Assembly (NCBI GenBank): GCA_041483895.1
Contig: JBGPGO010000003.1
Span: forward strand, 192,001 to 256,000
DNA length: 64,000 nt
From: Fimbriimonadia bacterium
Lineage (GTDB): Bacteria; Armatimonadota; Fimbriimonadia; Fimbriimonadales; JABRVX01
Direction: 5' to 3'
The position numbers and the translations under genes are program-made. Numbering within the stretch: position 1 is the first letter of the stretch; the number at the start of each line of letters is the position of its first letter. Positions 29,489 to 36,709 of the stretch are shown here, one piece after another. The notes under the pieces are model-generated. The model had not been told where the DNA came from. It did not search any database and saw nothing but the letters and a program-made list of their open reading frames with translations.

Positions 29489-30247
29489 ATGCTTTTGTCC
29501 GGGAAGAAGGGCGTTGTTTTCGGCGTCGCCAACAAATACTCCATCGCCTGGGCGGTCTGCCAATCGGCGGTGGAAAACGGCGCGCAGGTGGCGATTGGAT
29601 ATCAGGACGAGCGCATGAACGATAGCGTGCTGAAGCTGATCGACGGAGACGAGCGCTTCATGGCCTATCAGTGCGATTTGAACAAAGAAGATGACATCGT
29701 CGCGCTTTGTCGTGCTCTCCAATCCGATTACGGCACGATCGATTTTTTGGTCCATAGCGTGGCGTATGCGCAGCGCGACGATCTGGGGGGACGGTTTGTC
29801 GATTGCTCGCGGGAGGGGTTCAAGATTGCGTTGGAGACCAGTTGCTACACGCTGGTGGCGGCCTGCCGGGCGCTGGAGCCGCTCATGAACGAGGGCGGGA
29901 GCATAGTGACGATGACCTACCTGGGCAGTGAGCGTGTGGTGCCGATCTATGGGATCATGGGGATCGCCAAAGCGGCGTTGGAAAGCGCGACAAGGTATCT
30001 GGCGTATGATTTGGGACCGAAGAATATCCGGGTCAATGCCTTGTCGCCGGGGCCGATTGGGACTGTTGCGGCCCGCAGCATCCCCGGCTTTAGCAACATG
30101 GCTTCCGAAATGAAAGGCACACAGCCCCTGAAGCGCGAGGTGGCGCAAACCGAAGTGGGGGACGCGACGCTATTTCTTTTGAGCGAGCTGTCGCGCGGGA
30201 TCACCGGCGAGGTGATCTTCGTGGACGGCGGATTCCATTTGCTATGA
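29489..30247 (+). CDS. fabI: Enoyl-ACP reductase
   Basis: GVANKYSIAW, VHSVAYA, YGIMGIAKAALE, RVNALSPGP, ITGEVIFVDGG. Confidence 0.95.
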   Translation: MLLSGKKGVVFGVANKYSIAWAVCQSAVENGAQVAIGYQDERMNDSVLKLIDGDERFMAYQCDLNKEDDIVALCRALQSDYGTIDFLVHSVAYAQRDDLGGRFVDCSREGFKIALETSCYTLVAACRALEPLMNEGGSIVTMTYLGSERVVPIYGIMGIAKAALESATRYLAYDLGPKNIRVNALSPGPIGTVAARSIPGFSNMASEMKGTQPLKREVAQTEVGDATLFLLSELSRGITGEVIFVDGGFHLL

Positions 30248-31134
30248 CGCGGCCTCCTCTCCTCGCCGTGCCGAACTTTTCCGAGGGCCGCTGCTACCAT
30301 TTCTATCGCACGATGAAGGCTCTGATCGCCCAACACAAGGTGTACTTGCACTCTATCGGCTGGGATGTGGATCACAACCGCACGGTCGTGGCGATTTCCG
30401 GTGACCCGGAGCCGCTTCAAAACTGCCTGCAGTCGCTAGCGGTGTTTGCCCTGCAATTGATTGACATGCGGCGGCACCGGGGCGTCCATCCCCGAATTGG
30501 GGCGATGGATGTCGTCCCCGTCATCCCGACCGAACCACAGCATGAAGAGATGGCTCAGGAGTTCGTGTTGACTTTGGCGGAGTTCATCGGTATGTTGCCC
30601 ATTCCGGTTTTCCTCTACGGCCGATCCGCTCGGCCCGGCCGGATTTCGGAGCTGCCGGCCTTGCGGAAAGGGCAGTTCGAGGGATGGGCGGACAAGGAGC
30701 TGACCGGCGACCACGCGCCGGATTTTGGGATGCAGTTCTTGCATCCGTCGGCCGGCGCCTGCATCATCGGCGTGCGGGGCCCTCTCATTGCATTTAATGT
30801 AAATTTGTGGGATCCCGATCCGGCGTTGGCCAAGGAGATAGCGGCGGCGATTCGGGCGGAGCGGACCAACAAGCCGAAGCTGCCCGGCGTGCAGTCGATG
30901 GGGGTTCCGCTGGAATCACGTGGGATGTCCCAGGTCTCGACGAATATCACCGAACCGGACCGCGTTGGTATTGCGGATGTTTTCGCGTTCGTTCGAGGCC
31001 ATGCCCTGGAAAAGACCGCCTGGTCCGAGCTGATCGGCGTCATCCGCCGGTCCGACCTCGCTCGCGCGGAGGCTCTGCCTATCTTCGAGGGGATGGAACT
31101 TCGCTACTACGCGGAGCAGGTGCTGGATTATTAA
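30244..31134 (+). CDS. ftcd: Glutamate formimidoyltransferase (FT domain only)
   Basis: VPNFSEGR, DVDHNRTV, IDMRRHRGVHPRIGAMDVVP, LIAFNVNL. Confidence 0.9.
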   Translation: MTRPPLLAVPNFSEGRCYHFYRTMKALIAQHKVYLHSIGWDVDHNRTVVAISGDPEPLQNCLQSLAVFALQLIDMRRHRGVHPRIGAMDVVPVIPTEPQHEEMAQEFVLTLAEFIGMLPIPVFLYGRSARPGRISELPALRKGQFEGWADKELTGDHAPDFGMQFLHPSAGACIIGVRGPLIAFNVNLWDPDPALAKEIAAAIRAERTNKPKLPGVQSMGVPLESRGMSQVSTNITEPDRVGIADVFAFVRGHALEKTAWSELIGVIRRSDLARAEALPIFEGMELRYYAEQVLDY

Positions 31135-31155
31135 GACACAAATAGCGAAATCCAA

Positions 31156-31321
31156 GTAGCCGCAGTTCCTCGCGCCGATGTCCATTGGAATTTCCACCCC
31201 CAAGAACTGCGAAATCCCGTTGGAGTTGACACGTCGTATCGGTATTGGCAATTCCGCATGCGTTGCGCGGTTCTTGTGGTCGTCGATTCCCGCCGTTGTC
31301 GGCACGCGGAACCGCGGCTAC
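31156..31321. repeat. Inverted pair of 56-bp GTAGCCGC hairpin units (REP/REPIN-like)
   Basis: 31156-31211 (+) and 31321-31266 (-) align without gaps; the latter overlaps the sucC TAG stop. Confidence 0.75.
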
Positions 31322-32466
31322 GCACAGAGCGCGACGATCTTTTGTGCCGCCTCTTGCATAGTGGCTGCTCCGGTGATTTTGGAGCCTTCCAGCAATGCCA
31401 GTCCTTCCGCCGCGCGGGTGCCTTCCAGTCGCAGGACGACGGGAACGCGGATGGAGAGGGAAGACATCGCCTCCAAAATCCCTTTCGCCACTTCGTCGCA
31501 GCGGGTGATGCCGCCGAAAATATTAATAAGGAGCCCCCGCACGTTCTCGTCCATCAGCACCAGCTCCACCGATTTGCGAACCTGGTCGGCCTGCGCGCCG
31601 CCGCCGATGTCCAGGAAGTTGGACGCCTTGCCACCCGCCCGCGCCACCTCGTCCAGCGTGCACATCACCAGCCCCGCGCCGTTGCCGATCACCCCCACAT
31701 GCCCGCCGAGCCGCACGTAGGCGATGCCGCGCCGGTGCGCCTCCGCCTCGATCGGGTCGTCCGCCGACTCGTCTTGTAGCGCGGCGAACTCCTTCTGCCG
31801 GTACAGCGCGTTGTCGTCAATCAGCACCTTCGCGTCCGCCGCCAGCACCTTGCCCTCTGGCGTCACCGCGCACGGATTGACCTCCACCATCGAAGCATCC
31901 ACGCCGTAGTAGACCTTGACCAGCCCCTTGATCAGCGCGCCCAACTGCCTATGGTCCACTTCGTCGATCCCAGCCTCTCGCAGCAGATTGCGGACCTGAA
32001 AGTCGTCCAATCCCCAGGCCGGATCGATGTGGAGCCGGATGATGGCGGCCGGGTCGGAATGCGCGACCTCCTCGATGTCCACCCCGCCCTTGCGCGACAG
32101 GATCACCACGTCCTTCTGCGCCGCCCGGTCCAGCGTGACGGCTACGTAATATTCCTTCGCGATGTCTATCAATTCTGTGACAAGGACCTTCTCGACCACC
32201 ATGCCCGCCGGGTTTTGGATGGAGACCAGGCGTTTGCCCAGCATCTCGCGGGTCTCCTTTTCGGCGTCCTCGGCGGTCTGGACCAGCTTCACGCCGCCGG
32301 CCTTGCCGCGCCCGCCCATGTGCACCTGGGCCTTGACCACTGCCTTGCCGCCGAACTCCTCCGCGATGCGCCGCGCCTCCGCCGGGTCGCTGGTCACGCG
32401 CCCGCGCTGGGTCGGGACGGCGTATCGGTCGAGGATTTCCTTGGCCTGGTATTCGTGAAGTTTCAA
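31318..32466 (-). CDS. sucC: Succinate-CoA ligase (ADP-forming) beta subunit
   Basis: MKLHEYQAK, KAQVHMGGRGKAGGVK, GNGAGLVM, NFLDIGGG, INIFGGITRCD. Confidence 0.96.
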   Translation of the reverse strand: MKLHEYQAKEILDRYAVPTQRGRVTSDPAEARRIAEEFGGKAVVKAQVHMGGRGKAGGVKLVQTAEDAEKETREMLGKRLVSIQNPAGMVVEKVLVTELIDIAKEYYVAVTLDRAAQKDVVILSRKGGVDIEEVAHSDPAAIIRLHIDPAWGLDDFQVRNLLREAGIDEVDHRQLGALIKGLVKVYYGVDASMVEVNPCAVTPEGKVLAADAKVLIDDNALYRQKEFAALQDESADDPIEAEAHRRGIAYVRLGGHVGVIGNGAGLVMCTLDEVARAGGKASNFLDIGGGAQADQVRKSVELVLMDENVRGLLINIFGGITRCDEVAKGILEAMSSLSIRVPVVLRLEGTRAAEGLALLEGSKITGAATMQEAAQKIVALCA

Positions 32467-32487
32467 AATGGGCTCCTTGGTCGCACG

Positions 32488-32523
32488 TATAGGTCATATA
32501 GGTCGTATAAGTCCTATAGGTCC
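32488..32523. repeat. Four tandem 9-bp repeats TATARGTCV
   Basis: tataggtca-tataggtcg-tataagtcc-tataggtcc between divergent sucC and nth. Confidence 0.8.
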
Positions 32524-32574
32524 GAGAGATTCTACCCAAGCAGGTTCGGAGGGCAAAGCGGCGAAAGGGAGCGC

Positions 32575-33237
32575 ATGGCCCGGCCCGCAGACATCCCCAC
32601 CATCCTCAAACGCCTCGAGAAGCAGTATGGCAAGATCGTCCGGCGCCCGCGTTTCGATGCGGTAGACGAGCTAATCTGCTGCATCCTCAGCCAGCACAGT
32701 TCCGATGTTGCCTCCTTTCCCGCCTTCACCAAGTTGAAATCGACCTTCCCGACATGGCAACAGGTGGTGGATGCGCCGAGTGGCAAGGTGGCGGACGCGA
32801 TCCGCAGAGCGGGGATGTACAACCAGAAATCCACGCGCATCCAGAATGCTCTGCGCGAGATCAAGGAGCGGGTCGGGGAATATTCGCTGGACCATCTGTA
32901 TGGAATGCCGTGGCCGGAGGCGCGAGCGTGGCTCATGTCGCTGCCGGGCGTCGGACCCAAGACCGCGGCGATCGTCTTGTCCATGAACATGGGAATGCCC
33001 GTCATCCCCGTGGATACCCACGTCTTCCGGGTCGGCTGGCGGCTCGGGTTCTATGACAAAAAAATTGGGGAGGCCAAGGCGCACGAAGTGGTGCAGGAAA
33101 TAGTGCCGCCGAAGTTGGCGTTTTCCTACCATGCGCTCCTTATCCAGCATGGCCGCAATCTGTGCGACGCGCGGAAACCGCGGTGCGTCGCCTGTCCCGT
33201 ATTGGAGTTTTGCGATTACGGGAAGACGCAAGCGTAG
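32575..33237 (+). CDS. nth: Endonuclease III family HhH-GPD glycosylase
   Basis: ILSQHS, LPGVGPKTA, PVDTHVFR, CDARKPRCVACPVLEFC 4Fe-4S motif. Confidence 0.9.
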   Translation: MARPADIPTILKRLEKQYGKIVRRPRFDAVDELICCILSQHSSDVASFPAFTKLKSTFPTWQQVVDAPSGKVADAIRRAGMYNQKSTRIQNALREIKERVGEYSLDHLYGMPWPEARAWLMSLPGVGPKTAAIVLSMNMGMPVIPVDTHVFRVGWRLGFYDKKIGEAKAHEVVQEIVPPKLAFSYHALLIQHGRNLCDARKPRCVACPVLEFCDYGKTQA

Positions 33238-33289
33238 CCGCGGATCCTCATGCTGACTCGTGATCGAATTGCCACCGCCAAGACCCGCG
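33234..33289 (+). repeat. Third copy of the 56-bp GTAGCCGC hairpin unit
   Basis: gtagccgcggatcc...gaat...caagacccgcg; overlaps the nth TAG stop. Confidence 0.65.
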
Positions 33290-33353
33290 CGACAATGGCA
33301 AGAGCTGGAGTTTAATGATTACGGAAACACAAAGAATCGGTAGAATAGGATCC

Positions 33354-33758
33354 ATGAAGGTAATCGCGCTTCATAAGGTGCCATTCGATCCGCAGAAATT
33401 TGAGCAGGATCTCCTCGTTGTTGCCGGCGCACCGGAATACGTCAAAGAATTTCGGCCTCAGGTCTTGGAGAATTGGAATAACTCATGGTACATCGTCGTT
33501 GAGTGGCCGGGCGGCGAGGGTGATGTGGATTGGAACGCCTTCGAGCATCAGCATAAAGATCCGCGGTATTGCAGCCAGGCTGCTTGGGAGGAGCTGTTTC
33601 TCGGCACGGAAAGTGGTGTGAGCCGGGGGATGTTCTTCATGCACTACGTCGATACCAGTCAGCCGCTCATGTATGGGGCGGAAGCGCTCTCTTGGCCGGA
33701 AACGACGCCCGCTCCTCCAGAACTTGTCAAACTGCGACCCTACTGCGCCCCAGACTAA
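33354..33758 (+). CDS. Hypothetical protein
   Basis: Fills the intergenic gap with protein-like composition; TAGAAT lies 7 nt upstream of the ATG. Confidence 0.55.
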   Translation: MKVIALHKVPFDPQKFEQDLLVVAGAPEYVKEFRPQVLENWNNSWYIVVEWPGGEGDVDWNAFEHQHKDPRYCSQAAWEELFLGTESGVSRGMFFMHYVDTSQPLMYGAEALSWPETTPAPPELVKLRPYCAPD

Positions 33759-33770
33759 TTGCGAAAGAAA

Positions 33771-33820
33771 CCCCCACCCTAACCCTCCCCGTTACTCGTA
33801 CCTCGCAAGGGGGAGGGGAC
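33771..33820. repeat. CCCCCACCCTAACCCTCCCC...GGGGAGGGG palindromic intergenic element
   Basis: ccctcccc and ggggaggg arms; resembles a widespread REP-like class. Confidence 0.55.
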
Positions 33821-33872
33821 TTAGAGGGACCGCCAGGCAAAATTGCGCGTCACAATAGGGTAGGAGGCAAGA

Positions 33873-35282
33873 ATGATTTTTCTATTTGCGCTCGCAGCCC
33901 TGGCCCAGGGCGTTTCCAAAGACATCGACCGTGTCGAGATCACGGTCTACAACCAGAATTTTGGGGTGGTGAAGGAGACCCGGACGGTGGATATCAAGCC
34001 GGGAATCAGCACCCTGGCCATCGAAAACGTCGCGTCATCCATCGACGCCACCACCGTGCATTTCAAATCTCTCGACGACCCCACAGGTGTTCGCATCCTC
34101 GAGCAAAACTACCAGTTCGATCTCCTCAGCCCGACCGCAATCTTGGAAAAGTCGGTAGGGAAGAAGGTCCGTTGGCATCGCACCCTGCCGGACGGCAAAA
34201 AGGAAACGGTCGAGGGCACCTTGCTCACACCGCCATCCCAGGGCATCGTGGTCCGCGCCAATGACGGCCGCTTGCTTCTCACCCCCAGCGGCGAGGTGGA
34301 AGTGCTCGAGCTGCCAGAGGGACTGATCCCGCGCCCGACCCTCGTCTGGCAATTGGATGCGGACAAAGGCGGACGCCAGAAGACCGAGGTCAGCTACATG
34401 ACCGACAACATCAACTGGCAGGCCGATTACGTGGTGACGGTCAACAAGGACGACACGATGCTGGACCTGGACGGCTGGGTGACGCTGAGCAACACGTCCG
34501 GCGCAAGCTACAAGGACGCGAAACTGAAGTTGGTTGCCGGGGATGTGCGTCGGACACCGCGATACAATGTCGGTATTGGGGGTGCGCCGGCCGGTGGCGG
34601 ACGAATGGGAGCCAAGTCCGCGCCACAGTTCGAAGAGAGCTCTCTGTTCGAGTACCACCTTTACACGCTGCAACGACCGACCACTATCAAGAACAAAGAG
34701 ATCAAGCAGGTCTCACTTCTCACGGCCAGTGGCGCGACGGCGCACAAGCTGCTCATCTACGAAGGCCAGCGATTCTATTACATGAACTACGGTCCGGAGG
34801 CAAGGCCGGGACAGGGCGAGGATACGGACCAAAACTCCAAGGTCGCGGTGTACATCGAGGTCAAGAACAGCGAAGCCAATCACTTGGGAATGCCACTTCC
34901 GAAGGGTACCGTCCGGGTCTACAAGCAGGACAACGAGGGGCAGCTACAGTTCGTGGGCGAAGACACGATCGACCATACTCCCAAGGACGAAACGGTCCGG
35001 CTGTGGCTGGGGAACGCATTTGACGTGGTGGCAACTCGAAAGCGGACGGATTTCAAGACCATCAGCCCTTTGATTTGGGAAGAGACGATTGAGATCAACG
35101 CCCGCAATCACAAGGACTCCCCGCAGGACCTCACGATTGTGGAGCATCCCTGGGGCGACTGGGAAATGCTGTCTAAGTCCCAAGAGTACGCCAAGCGCGA
35201 CGCCCACACCATCGACTTCCCGGTCACCATCCCGGCGAATGGCGAGGTGACGGTCACGTACCGCGTCCGAATGAAATGGTAA
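33873..35282 (+). CDS. DUF4139/DUF4140-family secreted protein
   Basis: ITVYNQNFGVVKE, EQNYQFDL, SYMTDNINWQADY, LFEYHLY, PLPKGTVRVY. Confidence 0.85.
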   Translation: MIFLFALAALAQGVSKDIDRVEITVYNQNFGVVKETRTVDIKPGISTLAIENVASSIDATTVHFKSLDDPTGVRILEQNYQFDLLSPTAILEKSVGKKVRWHRTLPDGKKETVEGTLLTPPSQGIVVRANDGRLLLTPSGEVEVLELPEGLIPRPTLVWQLDADKGGRQKTEVSYMTDNINWQADYVVTVNKDDTMLDLDGWVTLSNTSGASYKDAKLKLVAGDVRRTPRYNVGIGGAPAGGGRMGAKSAPQFEESSLFEYHLYTLQRPTTIKNKEIKQVSLLTASGATAHKLLIYEGQRFYYMNYGPEARPGQGEDTDQNSKVAVYIEVKNSEANHLGMPLPKGTVRVYKQDNEGQLQFVGEDTIDHTPKDETVRLWLGNAFDVVATRKRTDFKTISPLIWEETIEINARNHKDSPQDLTIVEHPWGDWEMLSKSQEYAKRDAHTIDFPVTIPANGEVTVTYRVRMKW

Positions 35283-35291
35283 GAGACTTCC

Positions 35292-35362
35292 GGTAGCCGC
35301 ACGCTTCAGCTTGCGTTCAATCAAGGTCGATTATATTGCGCAAGCTAAAGCGTGCGGCTACC
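35292..35362. repeat. GTAG-type REP doublet with 24-bp inverted arms
   Basis: ggtagccgcacgcttcagcttgcg (35292-35315) and cgcaagctaaagcgtgcggctacc (35339-35362) are complementary at 23/24 positions. Confidence 0.8.
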
Positions 35363-35470
35363 ATGGGAGTTCGAGGCCCCGTAAAAAAGCGGGGTTTTTG
35401 TTAGGAACGTCTAAAGGAAATGCCCGCCTGCGCCGAAACTGAAACTGGATCGAGTTCACCTTCCTTCCTT

Positions 35471-35516
35471 GGGGGTGGTAGGCTTTGCTCTCCTTTCACT
35501 GCCGCCCCCTTTTTTA
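35471..35516 (+). terminator. Hairpin plus T-tract, a possible terminator of a small RNA
   Basis: gggggtggtag...ctgccgccccc followed by tttttt. Confidence 0.5.
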
Positions 35517-35560
35517 ATTCTTGGTTCATGGATGCTGAACAACCCTTTGGCTCCGCGCTC

Positions 35561-35890
35561 GATGTGTCGGGGTCCTCGCCTGCCGATATTTGTGGTTCGC
35601 CTGCATCCCCAGACCCCGACACGGACGAAGAGGCCTGCGCCTGAAAAAAGGGCAGGGCTTTCCAAAATTGCCTGGATGTGTCGGGGTCCTCGCCTGCCGA
35701 TAACTGTGGTTCGCCTGCATCCCCAGACCCCGACACGGACGAAGAGGCTGACGCCTGAAAAAAGGGCAGGGCTTTCCAAAATTGCCTGGATGCGTCGGGG
35801 TCCTCGCCTGCGGATATCTGTGGTTCGCCTGCATCCCCAGACCCCGACACGGACGAAGAGGCCGGCGCCTGAAAAAAGGGGAGGGCTTTC
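35561..35890. repeat. About 2.9 tandem copies of a 114-bp unit with an internal hairpin
   Basis: Units start at 35561, 35675 and 35789; each carries gtgtcggggtc...gaccccgacac arms (the copy 3 left arm is gcgtcggggtc). Confidence 0.92.
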
Positions 35891-35895
35891 AATCG

Positions 35896-36531
35896 TTACC
35901 CCTGTTCCTCAGCCGGCCTCCTTCGGCGACGCAAATGGCTGTACACGAACCAGACAATCCCGACCAGAATCAGCACAATGATGAGAGTTTCGAACCGGTT
36001 CATATACCGTTGGACGGTCTCCCACTGTTCGCTCGCCCGGTATCCCACGTAGGCAAGGCCGTAGCACCAGGGCAGGGAACCGACAAGTGAAAGCGCCAGA
36101 AACGGCCAAAAGCTGACTCCGTGGATTCCGGCGGGCAAGGAGATGAACGTGCGGATGACCGGCACCATGCGCCCCAGGAACACCGCCCCCTGCCCATATT
36201 TGTGGAACCAGCGATCGGCGACTTCGAAGTCGTGTGCCCGGAACAGCACGTATTTCCCGTACTTTTCAAGGAAGGGCCGCCCCCCCTTTCGCCCCGCCCA
36301 ATAGGACAGCGCGGAACCGATCATACAGCCGAACGCGCCCAAAATCGCAGCCGCATGAAAACATATGCCGCCCTTCTGCGCGACGATTCCGGCGGCCACC
36401 ATCACCACTTCGCTGGGGATTGGGATACAGGCGCAGCCGATCGCCATGAGGGCGATGATGCCGGGGTAGCCGGTGGTCGCAACCACCTGTTCGCACCAGT
36501 CCTTCAAGGTTGTGAGCAGCGATTCGACCAA
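35896..36531 (-). CDS. dedA: DedA family membrane protein
   Basis: CIPIPSEVV, YWAGRKGGR, GRMVPVIRTFISLPAG. Confidence 0.92.
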   Translation of the reverse strand: MVESLLTTLKDWCEQVVATTGYPGIIALMAIGCACIPIPSEVVMVAAGIVAQKGGICFHAAAILGAFGCMIGSALSYWAGRKGGRPFLEKYGKYVLFRAHDFEVADRWFHKYGQGAVFLGRMVPVIRTFISLPAGIHGVSFWPFLALSLVGSLPWCYGLAYVGYRASEQWETVQRYMNRFETLIIVLILVGIVWFVYSHLRRRRRPAEEQG

Positions 36532-36587
36532 AGGAGACCCCTTTGCTGATTATTGCCGGACGGTCAAGGATACCTAGGCGCCATCCG

Positions 36588-36685
36588 GAAGCCCTCCCCT
36601 TTTTTCAGGCGGCAGCCTCTTCATCCGTGTCGGGGTCTAGGGATGCAGGCAAACCACAGATATCGGCAGGCGAGGACCCCGACAC
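36588..36685. repeat. Inverted fourth copy of the 114-bp unit (about 98 bp)
   Basis: Its reverse complement matches the 35561-35890 units with few mismatches. Confidence 0.9.
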
Positions 36686-36709
36686 AACGGGTTGGGTGGG
36701 GGTCTTTCG

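Noticed and set aside
35561..35890. CRISPR array
   Set aside because: Whole 114-bp units are near-identical with no unique spacers, and no cas genes are present.
35401..35981. Repetitive ORFs across the 114-bp array (163 aa minus, 170 aa plus)
   Set aside because: 114 is a multiple of 3, so several frames stay open in GC-rich repeats. There is no clear RBS or recognisable domain.
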